Shown in pieces: positions 1 through 10,658 of a stretch of 64,000 bases of DNA (position 1 is the first letter of the stretch; every line of letters starts with the position of its first letter). The DNA is from Oikopleura dioica (lineage: Eukaryota > Animalia > Chordata): the NCBI GenBank assembly GCA_907165135.1, contig OU015570.1, positions 992,001 through 1,056,000 on the forward strand, given 5' to 3'. A program made the translations under genes and the position numbers. The notes beneath the pieces were generated by a model. It saw nothing but the letters and a program-made list of their open reading frames with translations, did no database searches and was not told where the DNA came from.

Positions 1-2335
1 TGTTGTTTATTTACACTGATTCAAACGTTTTTACACGAATCGTCGTCTAATGAGCGCACCTCTAGGAATCTATTGAACGACCAAGGGGCCATTTTTACTC
101 GAGAAGTAAAAGTGACAGATTAAAAAGCTCATTTGTGCGACTTTTCATTTATATAAGTAATTTAAAATTACATTGCTTCTTACTGATCCTGGTCCAACCA
201 CTTTTCGGATTTGCGAAAGGTTACGGATCCTTCAATTCGAATAATAGTTCAAGGATAATCTTTCTAGTACCAAAGTTGAACATCCGCCATTCTTCAGAGC
301 GTAAAACCGGATTTAAGGTACACAAAAACCAAATCTTGAAATAAAGAAAAACAGTATCGAAAAGCTGGCGAAATTTCGTTTTTAGTTTTTAGTTTATTAC
401 TGTAAAAAGTATTTTACAGATCAACAAGAAAAAGGAAAAGCAACATTCTGCTCAAACCAGGGAGACTTTAAGCTAGAAATCATAATAATTAAAGATTCGG
501 TGGATTCCGAAGTTGCTACCTTGTATTCTTTCTTGATTTTTGTACTTTCTTTTTGAGTATTTTTATCTTTCGTCCATAGTCTATGGACCATAGACTATGG
601 ACCATAGTTACAATGACAAGCAGAACAGCAAATCATTTCCTACTTTATGGCTGAGAGCTTTGAAAATATACTAGGTTCGCACAGTTCAATTACATGGTCG
701 ATTTCGGCCATGATATTTATGTACAGTTCAGGCATTTTCTGAATTTTTATGTCGCTTTTTAACAGTGTTTTCAAAATACCAGACCATTTTTCCTGAAAAA
801 GATCAGACTAGACTAAACCTTCTAAGTAGGCCCTCCTCTCTTTCTCTCTGCCATCTTTCTTTACATTTTCCTTTGATAAACATTTACGTTATCAAATGTT
901 ATAAACTGTATTTTACTTATTTTCAGCCATTATCTAAAACAAATCCTTTTGTCAAGGCCCTTTTTCTACTAACTACCTTTTTACCAAATAACTCTGCAGA
1001 CCATCCTTGTCGCTGATACAATCGCCGTCTATGATGCAATGCCCACGTGTGCTGAATGAACCAGATAGTTTACTACTGTACATTACTTCTAACGTTATTC
1101 CTTATCTATAGGGTCCGTACACAAAAATTCTAACTATTTTATTCGTCAAGTAAATGATTTTAAATTTTAAGGGGTTAATTGAATGCCCTAAACGAATATA
1201 AAAACATATTTTTCATAAATTTCGAAAAAGGGTTGAGGAGTAAATCGCGAAAAAGGCTGAAAATTAGCCTTCTCCATCGATTTCAAAAAATTTTATAATT
1301 TCTAATTATGTAAAAAGGGGGATTTTTATTTTCATCTTCAAAAAAAGGTTGAAACACGAAGAGAACATGTTCAAATTGCCGAAGAAAGCTCAAAAATGAG
1401 CCTTTTGCGGCGTGCCGCGCGTGGAGCGCCTTACTTTCCTTATTTGGAAGTCGTAGGGTGAGAGCGGCGTAAAAGAAAAATACTACGCTCAGAATAATTT
1501 GAAAATTAAAAAGGTTTTTTATTTATATAAATTGATTGAAAACTCATTTAAATTAAGTCTATAAATAATGTTATTAATTAAGAATTAAAAACAAATTTTA
1601 ATTTGAATAAAATGTAAATCTTATTTTTAATAAATCATATTATGATTTAATTATAAATTGTAATGTATTCTAAAGTTTCAGCCACATCCCTGGCAAATTT
1701 TAATTAAGGGGCTTGACAAAGGCCGGGTCCAGTCCCAACCCCTCCCACTCCCTTTTCCCAATTTATGATTCGGCTTCATTATATCTAAAAGCTTCATTTT
1801 ATCCAAAGCTTCATTGTATCCGAATATCTCATTTGATCCAAAATTTTTTTGGTTATAAATTATTACCAAAAAATTGGGACCCTAGTCCCTAAATGTTACA
1901 ACTTATAATGAAGCAATTGGATCAAATGATGCTTTTGGATAAAATGAAGCCCAATTTTCAAAAAATTCGGAAGTTGGATAGGATGAAGTTTTGGATAAAA
2001 TGAAGTCAATGGATAGAATGAAGCCACTATTTTTTCGAATGAAATAAATGGATAAAATGAATCAAATGGATAAAATATCGCCGTATTTTTCAAAGAGAAG
2101 ATAATAAAGCTTGACTGGTATTTGCTTTGAAATACTTCTCGACCCCCCTCTCAGAAAATTTTTCGAAAATTATTTATTCTTAATTCTTTTAGATTCATTT
2201 TGAACAATAAAAATGAATCATCTATCATGATTTCATTATTTTGTTTTCTATGATATGGCTGATCGCAAAATTTCATCAGACCAGCAATCTCATCATCCAC
2301 CGAATATTGCAATCCAAAATATTCGAGTGGTCTAC

Positions 2336-2405
2336 GTTTGCCCAAGTCGCCGTTTGCCCAAGATCTCCGTTAGCCCAACTTGGGGAAACGGCGACTTGGG
2401 CAAAC
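2336..2405. repeat. Short palindromic repeat (possible MITE remnant)
   Basis: gtttgcccaagtcgccgttt ... aaacggcgacttgggcaaac, a perfect 20-bp inverted repeat. Confidence 0.6.
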
Positions 2406-2478
2406 AGCGACTTTGGCAAGCGGCGATGTGAATAAAATTATATTGATTGACAACCTAATTTTATTGGCTTCTCCACAG

Positions 2479-2900
2479 TCAATCCCGGCTTCAGAAACTT
2501 CAATCCCGGCGTCAACAACTTCGATCCAAGCTTTTCAGACGCCAATCTTCGTGGCTCAAACACCAATCCTGGCATCTCCATCGTCGATCCCGGCTTCTGT
2601 AAATCTGATTCGAGCGTCACACATTACAATCCTATCTTCTCGGACATCAGTCCCGGCTTCTCAGTTGTCAATCATGGCTTTCCGAATAGCGATCATTGAT
2701 TCTCCAAGATTAGATCGACGTTGGAATTTCCAACTTGAAAAACCTAGATTAAAATTAATGAAGCCTAGATTGACGTTAGAGAAGTCGGGATTGACAATGG
2801 ATAAGTTAGGATTGACGTCGAAGAACCCGAGATTGACATCGGAGAAGCCATGATTGAAGTCGTTCAAGCCAGGATTGACGATGGTAGAAGCCATGATTGA
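2479..2900. repeat. Two convergent arrays of degenerate 21-bp units; each arm reads as (V/F)(N/D)PG(F/I)xx heptapeptide repeats
   Basis: About 11 units of tcaatcccggctt plus variable nt on + (2479-2700) and about 8 units on - (2730-2900). Confidence 0.75.
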
Positions 2901-3064
2901 TATGATATCAATGATATTATGTTAATGATATTGGTGGTCTACATCCCGTATTTCTTGTACTCTTTAGGAAGAGCAACTCCTGAGAAATCGATTGGTAAAG
3001 TTTTTATGGTCTGAGTCATCACCTATGTCGTCATAAGCCCCCTTTGAAGAATGGTCATGACTCA

Positions 3065-3328
3065 TGAAGCCCTGTATCTCCAAAAATTTTCGGAAATAAT
3101 TTGAGATTTTGGTATCGTTGGAAAGCCAAGATCAAACTGGTTATGAGCACCTGATGCGCAAAATAAAATTCCCAGCAAAAAAATTTCTGGGAGAAAAACT
3201 TTTGACACAAAAAATTTTTTGGAATTTTCTTTTGCGCACCTAGTGCTCATAACCAGTTTGAGCTGGGCTTTACAACGATACCGAAATCTCTATACTTTTC
3301 TGAAATTTTTCAGAGATACAGGGCTTCA
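3065..3328. mobile_element. MITE
   Basis: TIR tgaagccctgtatctc / gagatacagggcttca. Confidence 0.55.
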
Positions 3329-4510
3329 GTACCTGTCATTTTCATCTATCAAAGGGCGATTTTGGCAAACGGAGACCACTCAAAATATTCAGATACAGTT
3401 GGATTTCTTATTTCCGGACTGATTTTGTCCCTTTGTTTCTGAAAATAGTCCGGTTATTCGACCACCCTCTTAAAAATTATGCATCATCAAGCATATATAA
3501 ATTTCTATGGGTAGCAGTCGCTTGTATGTCTTGAAGCGGTTTCGCGGTGAAAACGGCTTAAATTGCGGTTTTTGCCTTATAATTTATAAGTTATAAATAA
3601 AGGTCGGGTCGGGTCACTTTGAAATGGCTAGAATCATGGTCGGGTCGTCTTTTGTAGAATCGGCCATTTTTGTCACCCGCTGAATTGGGGGGCAGAAGAG
3701 TTGGGTTAATTATATAAAACTTGCGCTAGAAAGGCAAATTATTCAATTTTTTAGTAATTTTTGAATTTTAAAATCGAATCTATGCCAGCGGGGCTGAGCT
3801 AACCTCTTTCAAAAAACGTATATCCCGAAAGTGCTAAACCTCATGTTAGGATCGATACTGTAAATACTTTTCCTAGGTCGGGGTCGGTTGGCGTATGTTC
3901 GCTTGGTCGGTTTGAGATTGTTTATTACGAAAATTCAAAAAATTTGCTGCAAAATATAACTTTTAATCATTGGCTGTTTCTTTAAAAACGCCATTTATTT
4001 AATCTGTCTCTGAGACAGTTTATAGAAATTTATATTTTCTAAAAATAATTCTTCATTTTATCCCGAAGCTTCATTTCATCCAAATAAGCACATGAGAAAA
4101 ATTTGTCTTGATTTTATCCAGAGGCTTCATTTTATCCGAGGCATCATTCTATCCAAAGCATCATTTTATCCAAAAACTTCATCTTATACAAAGCTTCATT
4201 TAATCTAATGGCTTCGTTTTATCCAATTTCCGAATTTTTGAAAATTGGGCTTCATTTATCCAAAAGCATCATTTGATCCAATTGCTTCATTATATCCAAA
4301 AAATTTTGGATCAAATGAAGTATTTGTATACAATGAAGCTTTGGATAAAATGAAGCTTTGGATATAATTGAGAAAGGCCGGGTCCAGTCCCAACCCCTCC
4401 CAACCCCTCCCACTCCCTTCTCCCAATTTATATTTATAAACCCGTTTTTTATTCTTATGGTTAGGTAAACTTGATGAAAAATGAGCTCTTTTTGAGCTTT
4501 CAATATGGTT

Positions 4511-5061
4511 GGTGATACCTAATTCTTCGGCTTGGAGGCCGAATGATTGATGCGTGTAAGAACACTGATTCTTCGGCAAAAAACCGAAGAATAAGTGATA
4601 AATGATGCACTGATTCTTCGGCTAAGGTGAATTAATTCACAGATTCCTGTGCCCCTTACCACGGGGCTTCGCCCCTTAGGTCCTAAATGCCGGGGTCTAG
4701 TCTAGGGTTACTTAGGGTTACCTTCAGTAACCCTAACTAACCCTAGCCTATCCCCTCGGGTGAGTTTGTTCTGTCACTTTGCCCAGTGCCCCCTAACACT
4801 AGCCTCAAATTATAGAAAATACTTATTGGCAATAAGTTATTGCCAAATTGAGTTTTTCTCTAGAAAATGTCTTTTCTTAAGTTATGACTCATAAGTTACA
4901 ATAAAAGAGTTTTGATAATGAATTCTAGAAAATTTGCCGAAGAATCACTGTCAATAATATCATTAATTCTTCGGTTCAAGGCAATTCTTAATTTGCCGAA
5001 GAATCAGTGTTATTGAAACCATCAATTCTTCGGTCTTGCCGAAGAATTAGCCCATACCACG
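4511..5061 (+). mobile_element. MITE family A (TTCTTCGGC sub-terminal repeats, telomere-like core), 8-bp TSD
   Basis: Flanked by ATATGGTT at 4503-4510 and 5062-5069. Homologous copies at 16983-17553 and 33096-33385. Confidence 0.8.
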
Positions 5062-5071
5062 ATATGGTTCG

Positions 5072-5705
5072 ACCTGAATTAATCAACTTATGCAACTTAC
5101 GCAAAATAGGCAGCGTTCTGCGTATTTCAGGTTATAGCGCTTTTTGCTGATTTTTTTGTTGTTTATTTTTCTAGAGCTCAGTCTTGTTTTCATTATTTTC
5201 AATGCCTTTTCGAGCTCATCAAAAATTAGCAAATTAACTATATGGGGCCCATATTATGGCCATTCAAAAATACAGCTCCGTACACTTTGCCTATTTATAC
5301 ACCAATTTTCTTTTGCAATTCTACTTTGATCAAAAACTCGTAGTCACATATGGCCTGAATGATATGGGGAATACAGTATTCCGAATACACGGCGAAATAT
5401 TCAATGGTCGAAGTAGATGACAAAGATCACTAACTAATCATCAATTATCTTTTACAAATATAGCGATTTTTCTTTACGTCATTCATTGATGAACTCAAGT
5501 TTAACGCCCGCTCCGCGGGTAAAATGGTAGGAAACTCAATGGAGGAGATGTTGCACTCAGTCAAGTCTCCAGAATTTAGGAAATCAAAACAAATTCTGCG
5601 TAAGTTGACGAATTCAGGTTATCGGCCTTATGAGTTGATTTTTAACTTTGTTTGTTGCGTATGTCGCGTAAGTTGCGTATGTTGCGCGGGTTGATTATTT
5701 CAGGT
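5072..5705. mobile_element. MITE with TTGCGTA(A/T)G sub-terminal repeats
   Basis: acctgaattaatcaac ... gttgattattttcaggt inverted ends. Confidence 0.55.
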
Positions 5706-5715
5706 TTCTCGTTCA

Positions 5716-6568
5716 ATATAGAGTATAATACAGTTTTAGAATCCCCAGAAGCTGGGGATCATTTTGCCTATTAATACTTGGGGGTCTCGCTCATGCCCTG
5801 AGGCGTTTTAGGCCTCCCAAAGTCCAAAAATCGGGCGATCTCGGTAAAATCGCCATAACTTTTCTTCTCCCCATTTTCTGATGATGCCTAGCATCTTTAC
5901 TTGTAGCGGAGGCTCTGACGGTTCAAAATCTGTGTAGAAAACAATCGGACACCCCCATTCTAGGGCTCCTAAAACCTCTAGAAGTAAGGGTAGTCCAACG
6001 AAAATCGGTATTTTTACATAAATATGGCAAAACAGGTATATTTCTTTACAAAAACAATCTAGGAATAATAAAGCCGTTTTTGTGACCTCAAACTTATATT
6101 TCGGGTAATTTTTGAAGTACTTCGGGTGAGTTTTTACGAATTTTTTAGAACATAATTTGACTTTAAGTGACCTTCGATGCCCTCTAACTATATTTTGGAC
6201 ATCACGAAGTCGATTATATCGGGATTTGATCAATTTCGGACAAAAATTTTCACCTTTTACCACATTTCAGTTGAAAAGTACCGATTTTTGTCGGACTTCC
6301 TAATTTCTAGAGGTTCTAGGGGCCTAGAATGGGGGTTGTCCGGTAGTTTTCTACACAGATTTTGAACCGTCAGAGCCTTCGCTACAAGTTGAGATGCTAG
6401 GCATCAACGGAAAGTCGGGAGAAGAAAAGAAATGGCCATTTTACCGAGATCGCCCGATTTTTGGACTTTGGGAGGCCTAAAACGCCTCAGGGCTAAAACC
6501 CCAAGTATTAATAGTCAAAATGATCCCCAGCTTCTGGGGATTCTAAAACTGTATTTTACTCTCTATAT
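5716..6568. mobile_element. ~850-bp near-perfect hairpin (palindromic non-autonomous element)
   Basis: The left ~350 bp is the reverse complement of the right ~350 bp (e.g. ttttagaatccccagaagctggggatc / gatccccagcttctggggattctaaaa). Confidence 0.8.
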
Positions 6569-7203
6569 TTAAAGCTCAAAAAAGAGCTCATTTTTCATCA
6601 AGTTTACCTACTTATGGTTTTTATTAAAATGTTTAAAAACCTTTACTCTAACCATTATTTTGTCTTTTTATTATCTTTTTATATCAAATTATTATTTTTG
6701 AAAGAAAAAATATAAGAAACCTTTTTAGTTAGCTCTCGCATTTTTTGCAAATTTGCGCGGCCACCCTCTATCACGCGCTCCCTTGCGTGATCGAGCGCTG
6801 CGCGCCGCGTTCAAAACATCGACGAAATTTACAGTTTTTGTAAATTACGGGCGAGGGAGTGGGTGTTTCAGACTTTTTAAAATGAATTCGAGTTAAGCTC
6901 GGTCTTCCGGTCATATTGGTGCCCTCAAATTTTTTGAAGTCGATGGACAACATAATGAACTCGAAAATGCCCATTTTTGACCCATGATATTTTTCAACCC
7001 TTTAGTTTAGGAAAAAGTTAAAAAGCAAAATTACTTAGAGTAGCTAGTTTTAAAACAAATTTGAAAATGAAAAAGATTGATTTTTATTATTTCGGGTACC
7101 TAATTTTTGTCTACGGACCCTACTTATCTACGACTTCAACAAGAAACTCCCTTTTGTGTGCTTTTTGTGTGCTGTATCTTATAAGTGAAGCCTGCCGACC
7201 AAA

Positions 7204-7480
7204 CTCACCTTCTCCCTTAGTGGCGGGGCGGACGTTGCCGGTACCAATCCGAAATTTGTACCCGGTCTCAAATTTCTGGTACCCGGTACCGAAAAATGTC
7301 AGAATATCCAGCTAAAATTGATTTTAAAAGGTGTATTCGGTCAATAAATGAAGTTTCCTTGCTCTTCAGCCGCGGAGCGGACACTAGTTTTTCGATGAGT
7401 AATAAAAAATGCTTGACTTTGGTACCGGGTACCAATTTGGTACCGGCACCGTCCGGCTCCCTAAGTGGGGGTAGGGTGAG
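7204..7480. mobile_element. MITE with GGTACC repeats
   Basis: ctcaccttctcccttagtgg...ggtacc and ggtacc...ctaagtgggggtagggtgag form imperfect inverted ends. Confidence 0.55.
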
Positions 7481-8541
7481 ATATTCTGGCTTAGATGCAG
7501 TTTCAGCCTCATTTCCAGTGTCTCGTACAGTCAGCTGTTTCTTTACGCTCCTCTTCTCTCTAATTTTTGCAGTGGAATTAAATTTTGAGGAATAAATGAA
7601 CTCAGAATCATGAAATGCGCTCGAGCCCAATTCCTGAAAAATGATCTGATCTCGAATTCCATTTTTCCAATGAAAAAATGGAAAATCCCACTGGCATCTT
7701 ACCTTCACTGAAAATTTTCAAACTTAAGAGCGATTTGAGCGAGGCTTGTCTACTAGGCGAGTGCTACTGAAGGTCGGAGATCCTTGCTCTGTTGTATACT
7801 AGGGCTGCGGTGAAGCCCAATTAATGGATCCGTAGTATGATCTCAAAATTCGGCCAATCATAGCCGAATTATTCTTCTATATTTTCAATAATTCTGAATA
7901 AATTCGGCGAAATTGACCGAATTATTCGTCAGATTTTACGTAGTATTCTGGTGAAAAATTAGGCCAGCGAAATTCTCAGTGTATACTCATTTTTCTTCCT
8001 CGCGCGCTCGCGCAATCGGATTGAATAATCCCCTTAACAATTCCTAAACAAAAAAGCGCAGTGAATCCACTCGTCAGCCTATTATTCTTTCAACTTTCAT
8101 CATTTGAAAAATGGATGATCCCGAAGAGCATCCAATAATTATAACTGAAATTGACCAGACTGTAAACAATCGGAAGAATTTTCCTAACATTGTGGTATTC
8201 GAAAATGATTCTTCATGGATCAGCTGCTCTTGCAAATAGTCTGCTGTACAATTGTCAGGGAAGAATGCCGAAGGAATGAACAGATGATCAAGCGAGTGAC
8301 TCATGAGAGGACAAAAACGAGAAATGGAATCACAAGAATAACAACGGAGAAGAAAATCACTGTTCGTAATGATACGGATAAAATCGTCGATGTTTACAAT
8401 TACAATTAGTTAGCTAGGGTTAGCGCAGGTAACCCTAGGTAACCCTAAGTAACCCAAGATAACCCTAGACTAGACCCCGGCATTAGCAAGTGGGGTCCCG
8501 GAGGGCGTAGCCCCCTGGGTTAGGTTAATACGGAAGAACTT

Positions 8542-9073
8542 TGTAATGGTTTTGCAACCTATGCAAATAAGTGAACACAAGAGAAATATACAGACAACTG
8601 AGCAAAGTTGGCTGTGTATAAAAGAGTAAAGTTTTTGAGCTTTTATTTGATTTATTCTCTGAGCGAGCAAAAGTGAGAATGAATGTGAGAGAGATGGTGA
8701 GCGGTTTTTATAGTTTTTCAAATTTTCGGGTTCCCAGTAGATTAATCGGCTGTTATTCGATCGTATCGTTTTCATCGGATTAATTGAACATGAACGTAAT
8801 AATTCGTCACCAACGGATTTTGTCACTTGGAAAAGGAATAATTCCATTTTAGCGGATTAATCGGATTTCGAGCATCAGGATGTGAGAATAATTTGTAGAG
8901 CGGCGTTTTAAAACGGATTATTTGGTTTTTCAGGAAGGGCGCGCGTTTTAGAGTCGATTATTTCGCCAGCGCTAGTGCGCCATCATTTTCACTTACGCGC
9001 CGTGCTCGCGTGGCAAGCTTTGCTTTGCCCCGCGGCGTGATCGTAATTAGAGCAATTCTGTAGAACCACTACA
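8542..9073 (-). repeat. 3' LTR
   Basis: TGTAGTGG...CCATTACA on the minus strand; about 11 differences from 14390-14923 counted by eye. Confidence 0.95.
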
Positions 9074-9850
9074 TATTCTTCCCTCTTCTTTTTGAGCGGA
9101 GCGTTCTGGTAAAGTTTGAAGAAGGAGCGGTTTTGAGCGAGTAGGATCTTTGAAGATTTGAGCATCTTCAAAGAAGATTTCCATGAAAAAAGGAGTCGAA
9201 TGCGTCAGAAGTTGCTGGGTCCATATCATCATTAAGAGTAGCCTGACGAAGGACATCCTGCATACTGATTGTTTGTTGAACTTCAATTTGAAAGTCATTA
9301 TTGTTGTTCTGAGCAAGCGACAAATTGACAAGATCGTATTCACGAGCGGGGGAATTCCAACGTATGTCCAAATTTCCTTGCCCTGAATTGTTGAGCGGAG
9401 CTTCAGGGGGTTGTAGACTACCAGGGCAGTCTCTTGAGCTACAAGGCAATCTTTCTGGCATTTTTCGATAAAGAAAGCAAAATGGACATTGGAGAGGAGT
9501 TCAACTTCTTTCAGATCGGAGAAGTTAAGCTTGTCCCAGGCGATTCTTCTGTACATGAAATGTTTGACAAAAGATTCGCGAACTTTGTCAGCTAGCTGAA
9601 GTTCTCCTTCTCGTGAGGTCTCGAAGTTGAGAAGGATTTTCATCGTGAACGCAGTTTTCTTTGTCCATAAAATTATATCATTTGGACGCGGTTCTCTTTC
9701 GTAAGAGATCCAGACATTGGTGAGCTTTTCGAGGTCAATTTGAGCAGCAAAGTTGCTGTAGAACTCGTAACCTTTGCGAGCAGATTCCTCGACGATTCTT
9801 ATGAGCTGGATTGTTTTTGGATATCGAGTGTCAATTTCGAGCGGGAACAT
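9047..9850 (-). CDS. Orphan accessory ORF of the LTR element (267 aa; C-terminus probably frameshifted and running into the LTR)
   Basis: Open frame between degraded ORF3 and the PPT. The first ~170 aa have globular composition. No family recognised. Confidence 0.5.
   Translation of the reverse strand: MFPLEIDTRYPKTIQLIRIVEESARKGYEFYSNFAAQIDLEKLTNVWISYEREPRPNDIILWTKKTAFTMKILLNFETSREGELQLADKVRESFVKHFMYRRIAWDKLNFSDLKEVELLSNVHFAFFIEKCQKDCLVAQETALVVYNPLKLRSTIQGKEIWTYVGIPPLVNTILSICRLLRTTIMTFKLKFNKQSVCRMSFVRLLLMMIWTQQLLTHSTPFFMEIFFEDAQIFKDPTRSKPLLLQTLPERSAQKEEGRICSGSTELL
9074..9094 (-). promoter_or_regulatory. Polypurine tract
   Basis: Minus strand caaaaagaagagggaagaata lies immediately 5' of the 3' LTR. 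Confidence 0.85.
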
Positions 9851-9859
9851 TTGAGGTAT

Positions 9860-10642
9860 GACGTATCTCAGGAAATTGGTTTTCAGATCACTTCCGGTTT
9901 TCTACTTGTCTCTGAGCCATTTTCGATCTCTTATGAGTGGCGTTTTTCTCGGAAGCGGAGGCGAAAGAGCATTTTTCGATCAACGATTCAGGAAATTGAG
10001 CGCTTTTACGTAAAATTCAACAGTCGGGAGGCTTGCATACTCTTCCCTTTTCTTTTGAGCTATTGAATCTTCTGAGCGATTAGTGTCTGAGCGAATTCTT
10101 TCCTAGAGCGAACAAATTTGAGCTGAACCGTCTCTTTGAGCAACTTGATCTTGATCGTTTGAGCAGATGAATCCATGAGCGAGCAGAATCATCTTTGAGA
10201 AACTTGATCTTGATCGTTTGAGCAGATGAATCCATGAGCGAGCAGAATCATCCTTGACCAACTTGATTATGAATTATCTGAATGTGACAAAGCAACTGCA
10301 CGCATTGCTTCGCATCTTAAGAGGAGTGGACCAAGGTTCAGAAAAGTGGTGTCCATCGTGTGCGCAATTGATAAACACATTAGCTGGGTTATGAGAACAC
10401 AAGTCCAAAGAGGCCTGTATGAAACTTCTGCACAGCAAATGAGCGGGACTGGATTCCCTTTGATCGAGCGAACAGGGATGACTTCGAGCTTTGAAGTGAG
10501 CCGATCCAGTGTGCATAAACATTGCCGTAGTTTATGATCCAATATTTGAGCTTCAGGTTAACCTTTTGAGAACAGGACTTTTTATCACAGATTTTGAGCG
10601 AACTTCGTAAACAAGTGTGAACGTGAGCAGGAACAGGAGCAT
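9860..10642 (-). pseudogene. Degraded third ORF (env position)
   Basis: ATG 17 nt after the pol stop gives a signal-peptide-like MLLFLLTFTLVYEVRS. Cys-rich fragments and a 60-bp tandem duplication (10143-10265) follow. Multiple stops. Confidence 0.5.
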
Positions 10643-10658
10643 AAGTTTAATGGTTTGA

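Larger units (their letters stand above)
1904..4294. mobile_element. Foldback-like element with inverted arms built from 17-18-bp tandem repeats (TTCATTTTATCCAAAGC-like)
   Basis: 1904-2010 (tataatgaagcaattggatcaaatgatgc...) is the reverse complement of ~4190-4294. Further copies of the unit lie at 1780-1850 and 4300-4370. No coding capacity recognised. Confidence 0.6.

Noticed and set aside
570-610. ccatagactatgga palindromic mini-array
   Set aside because: Only ~3 units with no associated structure; treated as a simple repeat.
980-1110. Possible host exon (minus-strand GHCIIDGDCISDKDG)
   Set aside because: Too short; no splice partners or family could be identified.
2380-2853. 157-aa ORF (SIPAS repeats) as a real protein
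   Set aside because: It is an alternative frame of the repeat arrays and starts inside a palindromic repeat.
2479-2900. CRISPR-like repeat/spacer array
   Set aside because: Period is only 21 bp with ~9 variable nt, the repeats are degenerate, no cas genes are present, and the context is eukaryotic.
5808-6365. ORFs within the 850-bp hairpin
   Set aside because: They lie in a non-coding palindrome and have no recognisable motifs.
8470-8847. ORFs in the LTRs (8470-8847, 14241-14633, 14407-14625)
   Set aside because: They differ between the two nearly identical LTRs through indels and lack any domain.
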